Source of the DNA: an uncultured virus (IMG/VR IMGVR_UViG_3300029319_000023)
Lineage: Duplodnaviria > Heunggongvirae > Uroviricota > Caudoviricetes
DNA length: 64,000 nucleotides
Virus record (IMG/VR): IMGVR_UViG_3300029319_000023
Reading direction: 5' to 3' (one strand)
Part shown: positions 17,942 to 24,947 of the stretch, one piece after another
How positions within the stretch are numbered: position 1 is the first letter of the stretch
How the letters are laid out: the number at the start of each line of letters is the position of its first letter
The notes under the pieces: generated by a model
Database searches by the model: none
The model's input: only the letters and a program-made list of their open reading frames with translations
Told to the model about the DNA's origin: nothing
Made by a program: the position numbers and the translations under genes

Positions 17942-18028
17942 GAAACAAAACTGGCATGCCCAGATCGGAACAACACTCGAAGAGTTAGTAATTCTCATGT
18001 AAAGCAACATAAGTCCAGTTTTTGTTTC
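17942..18028 (+). ncRNA. Candidate structured RNA (long closing stem) at the start of an early transcript
   Basis: GAAACAAAACTGG (17942-17954) pairs with CCAGTTTTTGTTTC (18015-18028), one bulge; begins at the predicted TSS. Confidence 0.5.
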
Positions 18029-18050
18029 TCTCGTCATTTCTCAGAGGTTT

Positions 18051-18320
18051 ATGGATTATCCTAACAATGTTCCAGAGTTCGTAGATTACGTTGATTCATT
18101 CTACGGTACCAATGATCCGCTCTATCCGCTGATCGAACAAAGCACACAGGAACCACTGCACAAAGTGGATATCTTGAGAGCAGCATTAGATTACATCGAT
18201 CGATGCATGAAAGGTGATTTGGAATATGTGCACTATTCGTGGGGAGATGGTGATTCCTTGGATCGTGAAAGAGTCCGTGACATCCTCCTACAAGATTATG
18301 ATTACGTACATGCCAATTAA
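18051..18320 (+). CDS. Hypothetical early protein (WGDGDSLDRERVRD motif)
   Basis: GAGG Shine-Dalgarno; 89 aa. Confidence 0.7.
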   Translation: MDYPNNVPEFVDYVDSFYGTNDPLYPLIEQSTQEPLHKVDILRAALDYIDRCMKGDLEYVHYSWGDGDSLDRERVRDILLQDYDYVHAN

Positions 18321-18368
18321 TTAACTGGCACACGAGGACTTGCAACTGCAGTTCCTGTAGATTAAATT
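18310..18368 (+). promoter_or_regulatory. Early-type promoter cassette
   Basis: ATGCCA-N10-TGGCAC (18310-18331), 31 nt, TAAATT. Confidence 0.6.
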
Positions 18369-18390
18369 AAATGTAACGTTGAATTTTATT

Positions 18391-18600
18391 ATGGCACAAT
18401 CACCAAACGGCATCAACATTCAATTAACCCCGTCACAATTTGACATGATGTATGACCTAGTCATGATGGGTTATGATTTGGATATCCCTGATCAGAAAGG
18501 ATGGGATCTACAAACTTATGATAACCTGGTTGACAACATCACCAACGGTTACTCTACAATTTTAACCAGCGATGTAAAGGGGGCACTACATGGAAAATAA
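18391..18600 (+). CDS. Hypothetical early protein
   Basis: ATG at 18391 within ORF 18379-18600. Confidence 0.6.
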   Translation: MAQSPNGINIQLTPSQFDMMYDLVMMGYDLDIPDQKGWDLQTYDNLVDNITNGYSTILTSDVKGALHGK

Positions 18601-18814
18601 TTCCCTAGGATGGGCAGTCCAACCGTCTTCGTGGTTTAACTTCGACTCTGATGGTTGTGTCTACTGCGCGGATATTAACACAGCATACCGCGTGGCGCGC
18701 GATCAAACCAGATTCGGTGATCAAATTATTTGGAAGATGACCAGCGGTGATCCGATCCGTTGGGTCCGTGTGACAAAAGAAGAAGTGGCACACTCGGCAT
18801 ATCAAGGTGCGTAA
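18590..18814 (+). CDS. Hypothetical early protein
   Basis: 74-aa ORF with AAGGGG upstream. Confidence 0.6.
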   Translation: MENNSLGWAVQPSSWFNFDSDGCVYCADINTAYRVARDQTRFGDQIIWKMTSGDPIRWVRVTKEEVAHSAYQGA

Positions 18815-18828
18815 TGTGCGGTTATAAT
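18770..18828 (+). promoter_or_regulatory. Early-type promoter cassette
   Basis: GTGACA-N10-TGGCAC (18770-18791), 31 nt, TATAAT (18823-18828). Confidence 0.75.
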
Positions 18829-18854
18829 GGTTATATACCACACAAGAAACAATT

Positions 18855-19343
18855 ATGCCAAACTGGTGCAACAACAGAGTTGACTTCTACTCTGACGATA
18901 CTTCCAAAATTAAGGAACTTCGTGAAATCTTTGAATCTGATGATGTCTTTAAAAAGATAGTTCCACCCCCAAACTGGGAGAAAACACCACTAGCACCAGA
19001 GGACGTGCAAGAATATTCGTTCTCAAAACCTCGTGGTGAAGTTGGTGAACTACCAGTCGTCAAGGACAAAGGATTCGGTAAGGGTCTATACTTTCCGTCA
19101 ACTGATATGAATGACGATAGATGGTATGACTGGAACATCAACAACTGGGGAACTAAATGGGACATTGACGGCAAGTATTCAGAACTAGATGGTGATGATT
19201 ACAGTTTTCAAGTCACCTTTGAAACTGCATGGTCACCACCTGAGCAAATATATTATGCTCTTCGTGAAAAATACCCAACAGTTGATATTACGTGGTTCTA
19301 TGATGAACCAGGCGCCCAAGTTGCAGGATATTTGGGGGCATAA
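18855..19343 (+). CDS. DUF1281/YubB-like protein with ferredoxin-like C-terminal domain
   Basis: MPNWCNN...WYDWNINNWGTKWD...FETAWSPP...YDEPG signature. Confidence 0.8.
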   Translation: MPNWCNNRVDFYSDDTSKIKELREIFESDDVFKKIVPPPNWEKTPLAPEDVQEYSFSKPRGEVGELPVVKDKGFGKGLYFPSTDMNDDRWYDWNINNWGTKWDIDGKYSELDGDDYSFQVTFETAWSPPEQIYYALREKYPTVDITWFYDEPGAQVAGYLGA

Positions 19344-19495
19344 TGGAATATCAAATGCAAGATTTAACACTGGACGACATACGCAGTTTGTCCAGTAATT
19401 ACTTACGCAGTTGTCTCAAAGAGGACATATCACCAGAGACACATGACATGATAACAAAAGAGTTATATGTTAGGGACATGCGTAGACCAATTTAA
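19343..19495 (+). CDS. Small hypothetical protein (50 aa)
   Basis: TAATG coupling; MEYQMQDLTLDDIRSLSSNYLRSCLKEDISPETHDMITKELYVRDMRRPI. Confidence 0.5.
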   Translation: MEYQMQDLTLDDIRSLSSNYLRSCLKEDISPETHDMITKELYVRDMRRPI

Positions 19496-19541
19496 TTAGT
19501 GTCACACAGGGGGTTTCAATCACCCCCTTTTCTGTTAATAT
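19484..19541 (+). promoter_or_regulatory. Early-type promoter cassette with embedded terminator
   Basis: AGACCA-N10-TGTCAC (19484-19505), AGGGGGT/ACCCCCT hairpin plus T run, TAATAT 30 nt after the motif. Confidence 0.7.
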
Positions 19542-19568
19542 TAAAGAGTAAAGCAATTCAATCCACAC

Positions 19569-19904
19569 ATGAGAAAAATTGAACTTGAAATGAATGAAGC
19601 GATCAGAAATGGTCACGCATGGTCTAAAGATAACACTTGCGTTACTTATGACCCAACAAATAATATGTCAGCTGAGGTTTACCTGCATGGAAACCACATT
19701 GCAACAGTCACGGATCAGAATTTGACCCTATTTTCTGGTGGCGGGTGGTTCACCAACACCACAAAATCCAGACTCAATGCACTTATTAATGAGTTTTGTG
19801 AACCAATGTCTAATGGAATTTTTCAGAAGAATTGGAACTGGTACGTTAGGGCATTTAATACAATCGTCCCTTTTCATGATGGCATCTCTATCCCCGTGGT
19901 GTAA
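19569..19904 (+). CDS. Hypothetical early protein (MRKIE...VYLHGNHIA...TTKSRLNAL)
   Basis: 111-aa ORF with a motif common in marine phage early regions. Confidence 0.75.
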   Translation: MRKIELEMNEAIRNGHAWSKDNTCVTYDPTNNMSAEVYLHGNHIATVTDQNLTLFSGGGWFTNTTKSRLNALINEFCEPMSNGIFQKNWNWYVRAFNTIVPFHDGISIPVV

Positions 19905-20152
19905 TGACATTAAACGACAAACTGAAAAAAGAGAGGACGGGACTAACCGCCTCTCAATATTCCACACTACAAGAGTGGTACGTTGAAAGATGGGTTGAGA
20001 CTATGACGACTCAAGACTTGCAAGAGTACGTTTATAATAGTATGATGCAAGACGTTGAAAATCAACCCGAAGCAGAATTTCTTAGTGATTGTGAGGATTT
20101 TTGGTTAGACGATTGGAAGTACACGTTAGAAGAACTTAAGGAGGTTTCGTGA
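19904..20152 (+). CDS. Hypothetical early protein
   Basis: 82 aa, TAATG coupling. Confidence 0.65.
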   Translation: MTLNDKLKKERTGLTASQYSTLQEWYVERWVETMTTQDLQEYVYNSMMQDVENQPEAEFLSDCEDFWLDDWKYTLEELKEVS

Positions 20153-20313
20153 CTAATTTTTCAATTGGTGATAAGGTGAGAGACCCAGAGGATCGGGAGT
20201 GGTGGGTTCTCTCTCTGTTTCCAGAGCTCAATAAGATCGTTTTGATCACCTGCGACGAGTCCCGAAACGATCGTATCACATATCGTCCCGAAGATCTGGA
20301 ATTTATAGAATGA
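20149..20313 (+). CDS. Small hypothetical protein (54 aa, SH3-like)
   Basis: AGGAGG Shine-Dalgarno, GTGA overlap; FSIGDKVRD...YRPEDLE. Confidence 0.6.
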   Translation: MTNFSIGDKVRDPEDREWWVLSLFPELNKIVLITCDESRNDRITYRPEDLEFIE

Positions 20314-20315
20314 TT

Positions 20316-20373
20316 GTGACACTTTACAAGGTGTACATTTTTTATTTCATTTTTAAATATTTTGAATTATACT
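20316..20373 (+). promoter_or_regulatory. Early-type promoter cassette
   Basis: GTGACA-N10-TGTACA (20316-20337), 30 nt, TATACT (20368-20373). Confidence 0.7.
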
Positions 20374-20400
20374 TAAGTCATACAATTCATTAATCCACAC

Positions 20401-20586
20401 ATGAAAAAAATTAACGTTTCAAAACTTTATGATGACTTCGCTAACTTAGGTTGGGACTACACATGTAACAGAATGAGTAGATCAGCGATGGAATGTTATG
20501 ACGCAATCGCGATTAACTTAGGTGTTCTTGAAGATGGGGAACATTGGAATGAAGACGCATACACAGACAAGAGGTGTACTCACTAA
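20401..20586 (+). CDS. Hypothetical early protein
   Basis: 61 aa, downstream of a promoter cassette. Confidence 0.65.
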   Translation: MKKINVSKLYDDFANLGWDYTCNRMSRSAMECYDAIAINLGVLEDGEHWNEDAYTDKRCTH

Positions 20587-20798
20587 TGAAATTTAACGTA
20601 ACCGAAGTTGAGTTTGACTTTGACGATTGGTATGATCGGAACTGGGAAAGTAAACTTACATTTGATGAGGAGATTGAAATTCGTGACCTTGCACTTGGTG
20701 TATGGGAAGCAGACGATGAAGATGACCTTATTGAAGAGATAACCGCAGCATCAGGTTGGTGCATTAAATCCATTGATTACGACATTCAATTAAAATGA
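20586..20798 (+). CDS. Hypothetical early protein (GVWEADDEDDLIEEIT...GWCIKSIDY)
   Basis: TAATG coupling at 20586. Confidence 0.7.
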   Translation: MKFNVTEVEFDFDDWYDRNWESKLTFDEEIEIRDLALGVWEADDEDDLIEEITAASGWCIKSIDYDIQLK

Positions 20799-20977
20799 AC
20801 AGAAACTATCTTATCAAAGAAATCAAAGATTTGGCAAAAAACTTTGATGACAAAACCAAGGAAAGAATCCTTAACTTAATCGTCCCAGATCATCATTTTG
20901 ATAATAAGGAACTTAAGTCATTATATAATGAACTGATGGAGGACGTCTACGGCGACGGGGGCATAAAAGGTTACTAG
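20795..20977 (+). CDS. Hypothetical early protein
   Basis: ATGA overlap; 60 aa. Confidence 0.6.
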   Translation: MNRNYLIKEIKDLAKNFDDKTKERILNLIVPDHHFDNKELKSLYNELMEDVYGDGGIKGY

Positions 20978-20978
20978 T

Positions 20979-21036
20979 GTGCCAATTAAAATAGTGTCCA
21001 TTTTTGCTCGCGTTTTGCAAAAAAATATGCCATACT
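20979..21036 (+). promoter_or_regulatory. Early-type promoter cassette
   Basis: GTGCCA-N10-TGTCCA (20979-21000), 30 nt, CATACT. Confidence 0.7.
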
Positions 21037-21067
21037 AATAGTATAAACAATTAAAGGTTTCCACATT

Positions 21068-21253
21068 ATGATTATGATTGAAAAATTCATTGAAGCAAAA
21101 TTTAACGGTTCAGTAATAAGAGAACCAATACCTTATGGTTCATTCGCTTATGACATGTGCTATGACATGGCACAACAGTACGGGCATGCCGAAGTGGTTT
21201 GGTATTCACTAAACGGCACAAGAGTTACCGAAGGCGAATACTATGCCGATTAA
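21068..21253 (+). CDS. Hypothetical early protein
   Basis: 61 aa between two promoter cassettes. Confidence 0.65.
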   Translation: MIMIEKFIEAKFNGSVIREPIPYGSFAYDMCYDMAQQYGHAEVVWYSLNGTRVTEGEYYAD

Positions 21254-21301
21254 AATAGTGTCACAAGGGTGGGTTATTTTTCTCACCTTTGCGTTTATAA
21301 T
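21243..21301 (+). promoter_or_regulatory. Early-type promoter cassette
   Basis: ATGCCG-N10-TGTCAC (21243-21264), 31 nt, TATAAT (21296-21301). Confidence 0.75.
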
Positions 21302-21330
21302 AGTAGTATAACAAACAGAGGTTTCCACAC

Positions 21331-21585
21331 ATGACCAAAACTCAAAGATTAATTAAAAGAATCAAAGAAGTAGACAACTTTGAAAACGTAGCATATGTCT
21401 GCGAAGACTTCCAAACATTTTGTGATGAAGTTGCCGAGTGGGGTGTTCAGTCAATCGCAAAGGTTGATTTTGATGATCCCGAATTAAACCTTGAAGCATT
21501 AGATGATTTCTTTGCTTCTTTCGGGTGTACACCAGATAATCCACACCCTTGCAGCAAGTACGCATTACCTAAGGTGTTCTCATGA
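21331..21585 (+). CDS. Hypothetical early protein
   Basis: 84 aa. Confidence 0.65.
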   Translation: MTKTQRLIKRIKEVDNFENVAYVCEDFQTFCDEVAEWGVQSIAKVDFDDPELNLEALDDFFASFGCTPDNPHPCSKYALPKVFS

Positions 21586-21710
21586 GTTGCTTACAGAATG
21601 AAATGATCTTAGAAGGAATTTTTGAGGAAGTGCAAGAGTGCTTCCCCTACCTCTCAGAAGATCAACAAATTGAAATTGCACAAAAACGTTTTGAGGATTT
21701 ATGCCAATGA
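21582..21710 (+). CDS. Small hypothetical protein (MSCLQNEMILEGIFEEV...RFEDLCQ)
   Basis: ATGA overlaps at both ends; 42 aa. Confidence 0.65.
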   Translation: MSCLQNEMILEGIFEEVQECFPYLSEDQQIEIAQKRFEDLCQ

Positions 21711-21799
21711 TTGAAACATTTTTAATTCTCTTTTCAGTCGTCCTAATCGCTGACGCAAATGACAGAGTCAGCGAATACATCAGACAAAGGAAGCACTAA
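21707..21799 (+). CDS. Small hydrophobic peptide (30 aa)
   Basis: GAGG upstream; coupled on both sides. Confidence 0.4.
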   Translation: MIETFLILFSVVLIADANDRVSEYIRQRKH

Positions 21800-21951
21800 T
21801 GAACTACGAAGAAATTTTAAAGTGCTACGAAGGTGTAACCGAACAACATGCAAACACTTCGTTTGAGTTCGGGTTAATGAACGACACCTATTACAATTTG
21901 TTCAGAGAGCATGACTTATTAGAGTATGCCAATTCAAACTCTGTCCACTAA
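21799..21951 (+). CDS. Small hypothetical protein (50 aa)
   Basis: TAATG coupling; MNYEEILKCYEG...FEFGLMNDTYY. Confidence 0.55.
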   Translation: MNYEEILKCYEGVTEQHANTSFEFGLMNDTYYNLFREHDLLEYANSNSVH

Positions 21952-21984
21952 CACCTTATTTTCTCACACATTTAAGGTTATAAT
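21926..21984 (+). promoter_or_regulatory. Early-type promoter cassette
   Basis: ATGCCA-N10-TGTCCA (21926-21947), 31 nt, TATAAT (21979-21984). Confidence 0.7.
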
Positions 21985-22009
21985 GAACTCATACCACACA
22001 GGAGCATTC

Positions 22010-22261
22010 ATGACTTCAATTTTTCAAACAGACTTAACACACAAAAACTACAACGGTTGGACAAACTACGAAACGTGGAATGTCTCCCTCTGGATCGGCA
22101 ACGACGAAGGACTTTACGACATAGCACGTAGAGCAATGGACTGGTCACACTTATTGGAGATCTTTGCGAACTACGGAATAGAAACAACTGGTGATGGTGT
22201 CAGATGGGACGACCCAAACGTAAACGCAGTTGAGATGGACGAAATGCTTGAGGAGTTATAA
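22010..22261 (+). CDS. Hypothetical early protein (YNGWTNYETWNVSLWIGNDEGLY)
   Basis: AGGAG Shine-Dalgarno before ATG 22010; widespread phage motif. Confidence 0.75.
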   Translation: MTSIFQTDLTHKNYNGWTNYETWNVSLWIGNDEGLYDIARRAMDWSHLLEIFANYGIETTGDGVRWDDPNVNAVEMDEMLEEL

Positions 22262-22269
22262 CTCTCCTC

Positions 22270-22355
22270 TGGGCATTGGTCAGGCAAGGGTGGGCGACCC
22301 CAGTGGAATATGCCCTTTATGTGTGGAGACCTCTGACCATGTAAGACCCAATGGG
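22270..22355 (+). ncRNA. Candidate GC-rich structured RNA
   Basis: TGGTCAG/CTGACCA, GGGCAT/ATGCCC, GGGT/ACCC and CATTGG/CCAATG complementarities in an intergenic GC-rich patch. Confidence 0.4.
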
Positions 22356-22388
22356 CGCAATGTAGGGGTTGTGCCTAAGTTGTTCGTG

Positions 22389-22414
22389 GGGGGCAGTGCT
22401 TATGCCCCCTTTTT
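22389..22414 (+). terminator. Rho-independent terminator closing the early region
   Basis: GGGGGCA-N7-TGCCCCC followed by TTTTT. Confidence 0.8.
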
Positions 22415-22532
22415 ATTATGGTTTGAAAACCGTTAGGTACCCCTAACCTACAGAGGTGACAATTCGACCTTTAAATATACTTCAAATGAAAAAATTTTCC
22501 GCCATATATAAACTCATAGAGGGTCGATACAA

Positions 22533-22883
22533 ATGAACTACCACGACGTAATGGAAGTATACAAGAGACCAATGAGTGTCAGATATATACCTCAGATTTT
22601 CTGGGTGTTTGTATTCATGATAGTCTTAACTGTATTTCCGACAATCACTCATGCAAATCACTTACCTGTGATGTACGTTCAAGTACCTCAATGGGCAGAT
22701 GACTGGGCAGTATGTGCCGTTGATATACCTGATGCAAAATGTCATTGGTATGTGATGGCACCTGATAACACATTCGGAGAAGGATTCGATTGGGAAAGTG
22801 CACCTTGGTTTGATGCTAATGGATTAAATGATGTTGCACCTATGCAAGCATCAACAGTTGTGGAGAAATTACAGAAGCAATGA
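22533..22883 (+). CDS. Membrane-anchored/secreted hypothetical protein
   Basis: Hydrophobic segment, then WAVCAVDIPDAKCHWYVMAPDNTFGEGFDWE. Confidence 0.65.
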   Translation: MNYHDVMEVYKRPMSVRYIPQIFWVFVFMIVLTVFPTITHANHLPVMYVQVPQWADDWAVCAVDIPDAKCHWYVMAPDNTFGEGFDWESAPWFDANGLNDVAPMQASTVVEKLQKQ

Positions 22884-23059
22884 AGCACATTCGTAAAGCA
22901 GTGATTCAACAAGATGATCTCACAGGAGATCTCTTTGTTACAATTCCAGAAGAAATCCTTAAGGATCTCACATGGGAAGAAGGAGATGTGGTAGAATGGG
23001 AATTGAAATCAGAAGTTGAACTAGCTTGTAAATTTATCGATGAAGAAGAGGATTTCTAA
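22880..23059 (+). CDS. AbrB/MazE/SpoVT-like DNA-binding protein (59 aa)
   Basis: GDLFVTIPEEILKDLTWEEGDVVEW swapped-hairpin signature. Confidence 0.75.
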   Translation: MKHIRKAVIQQDDLTGDLFVTIPEEILKDLTWEEGDVVEWELKSEVELACKFIDEEEDF

Positions 23060-23226
23060 TGTATAATATTGTTATTAAGGAAAAGACATTTTACGAACGT
23101 CTTTCAAAAGAGGAAAAGGATAATACACTTACAATGCTTAAAACAATTATCGATAATAATTTACTTGATACCAAGTACACCTTTGAGGACATTAAAGTAG
23201 AGGAGGTTTATGACTTCGACAACTAG
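23059..23226 (+). CDS. Small hypothetical protein (55 aa)
   Basis: TAATG coupling; MYNIVIKEKTFYERLSKEE. Confidence 0.5.
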   Translation: MYNIVIKEKTFYERLSKEEKDNTLTMLKTIIDNNLLDTKYTFEDIKVEEVYDFDN

Positions 23227-23389
23227 CGTAACGTTTCACATTTACTTGAATGACAAATGTTTATTCAAGAACTTAAATAAAGAAGAATTTGATATAATAT
23301 GGGGAAGAATTTATCACTCATATTTCAAAGAAGAACTAACGTACACAGAATGTGTGGGGGATATGTGTATTGAAGAATCCTCTTATTGA
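23210..23389 (+). CDS. Small hypothetical protein (59 aa)
   Basis: AGGAGG Shine-Dalgarno; FHIYLNDKCLFKNLNKEEFDIIW. Confidence 0.65.
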   Translation: MTSTTSVTFHIYLNDKCLFKNLNKEEFDIIWGRIYHSYFKEELTYTECVGDMCIEESSY

Positions 23390-23414
23390 CAATGACTACA
23401 TACTATAGTATGAT
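23386..23414 (+). promoter_or_regulatory. Sigma70-type promoter
   Basis: TTGACA, 17 nt, TATGAT. Confidence 0.8.
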
Positions 23415-23436
23415 ACTGATGTAACCCAAACAAATT

Positions 23437-24201
23437 ATGGCTAAAGGATTTACTGTAAAGGCAAAGACTCCGACTAAGGGAGGAAAGAAAAAAGAAATAG
23501 AATACGACTACGAAAAAGCAAAGGAAATAGCAAAAGGTAAGGCAGTTGTACTGTGCCTACCTGGTCGTGGTTGTTCATATGCATTCATGAAGAACTTTGT
23601 TCAACTATGTTTTGATCTGGTACAAATGGGTGTGAGTATCCAAATCTCTCAGGATTACTCATCAATGGTCAACTTTGCACGTTGTAAGGTATTAGGTGCA
23701 AATGTCCTACGTGGTCCTAACCAAATCCCATGGGACGGTAAACTCAAGTACGATTATCAACTGTGGATTGATAGTGATATTATCTTTAACTCTGCACAAT
23801 TCTTACAGTTAATCCTTATGGAGAAGGATATTGCTGCAGGTTGGTACATGACCGAAGATGGACGCACAACTTCTGTCGCTCACTGGTTGGAGGAGCAAGA
23901 CTTCCGTACCAATGGAGGTGTCATGAATCATGAAACTGGTGAAAGTATGCAAAAGCGCCGTAAGCCCTTCACGGTGGATTACACAGGATTTGGGTGGGTA
24001 CTCATCAAAAAAGGAGTTTTTGAACACCCAGAAATGAAATATCCTTGGTTTGCTCCAAAAATGCAAGAATTTGAGTCAGGAGAGGTACAAGATATGTGCG
24101 GAGAAGACGTTTCTTTCTGTTTAGATGCGATTGCAGCAGGTTTTGAGATCTGGTGTGACCCAAATATACGTGTAGGACATGAAAAAACAAGAGTTATCTG
24201 A
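23437..24201 (+). CDS. GT-A fold glycosyltransferase-like protein
   Basis: LWIDSDI (DxD), TGFGWVLIKKGVFE, GEDVSFC, RVGHEK. Confidence 0.75.
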   Translation: MAKGFTVKAKTPTKGGKKKEIEYDYEKAKEIAKGKAVVLCLPGRGCSYAFMKNFVQLCFDLVQMGVSIQISQDYSSMVNFARCKVLGANVLRGPNQIPWDGKLKYDYQLWIDSDIIFNSAQFLQLILMEKDIAAGWYMTEDGRTTSVAHWLEEQDFRTNGGVMNHETGESMQKRRKPFTVDYTGFGWVLIKKGVFEHPEMKYPWFAPKMQEFESGEVQDMCGEDVSFCLDAIAAGFEIWCDPNIRVGHEKTRVI

Positions 24202-24349
24202 AACATATAACATTTCAATCAAGGGTGTAGTGGCATGGAAGGATCTTTCAGAGGAAGAAATGTTCGAGACTCTCGAAGATCTTGCCCATCAGTACTACGA
24301 AAAGGGACATCCAGCATCAAAAGACATTAAAGTAGAGGTAAATTCATGA
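24179..24349 (+). CDS. Small hypothetical protein (56 aa)
   Basis: YNISIKG...DLSEEEMFETLEDLAHQYYEKG; ATGA overlap with the next gene. Confidence 0.55.
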   Translation: MKKQELSETYNISIKGVVAWKDLSEEEMFETLEDLAHQYYEKGHPASKDIKVEVNS

Positions 24350-24459
24350 AAACTATTGAAAGAAGACCGAAAAAAACAAGACAAGGGGCAGGTAGACATA
24401 CAAAGTATGCTGCAACTGCTCGAAATCACAAGAAAAAACGTCCTAGAGGTCAAGGATAA
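24346..24459 (+). CDS. Small basic protein (PKKTRQG...RGQG), 37 aa
   Basis: GAGG Shine-Dalgarno; very Arg/Lys-rich. Confidence 0.7.
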   Translation: MKTIERRPKKTRQGAGRHTKYAATARNHKKKRPRGQG

Positions 24460-24482
24460 GAGGGTAAAAACCCTCTTTTTTT
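24458..24482 (+). terminator. Rho-independent terminator
   Basis: AAGAGGGT-AAAA-ACCCTCTT followed by a T run. Confidence 0.85.
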
Positions 24483-24512
24483 ATGTTTTGATAAAAAGTT
24501 GTGAATTATACG

Positions 24513-24520
24513 TATAAATA
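24513..24520 (+). promoter_or_regulatory. T4 late promoter TATAAATA
   Basis: Exact consensus 19 nt upstream of the gp25 start. Confidence 0.85.
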
Positions 24521-24539
24521 AATTTAAAGCCTCCAAAAC

Positions 24540-24947
24540 ATGCCTATTTCTAATAGGATTACTTCAAAATCATTCAAAGATATCAGTTTTTCGTTTACAC
24601 CACACCCAGTAACCAATGATTTGACTGTAGTTAAGAATGAAGATGCAATAAAAACATCAATTAAGAATTGTGTTTTTACACTTCCTGGTGAAAAATTTTT
24701 TAATGCACAATTTGGATCGCCAATAAGAGACACTTTATTCAATTTAATTGATGATGCAACTGCTTCTGTAGTCGCTGATACAATTAAAAACACAATTCAG
24801 TTATATGAAACTAGAGTTAGTAATGTAAGTGTAGAAGTTGAGTCAAGACCTGAGCAAAATGCATTTGGAGTAACTATATTTTATGATATTATTGGTGATT
24901 TATCCGCAACACAAGCAATTTCCTTCATCCTAGAGGCGACAAGATAA
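24540..24947 (+). CDS. gp25: Baseplate wedge subunit gp25
   Basis: FKDISFSF..HPVTNDL...AIKTSIKN...GEKFF...FGS...YETRV; position before gp6. Confidence 0.92.
   Translation: MPISNRITSKSFKDISFSFTPHPVTNDLTVVKNEDAIKTSIKNCVFTLPGEKFFNAQFGSPIRDTLFNLIDDATASVVADTIKNTIQLYETRVSNVSVEVESRPEQNAFGVTIFYDIIGDLSATQAISFILEATR

Noticed and set aside
22270..22355. tRNA or canonical HDV/hammerhead ribozyme
   Set aside because: No cloverleaf with a TTC loop, no CUGANGA/GAAA core and no HDV L3 consensus; kept only as an unclassified candidate RNA.
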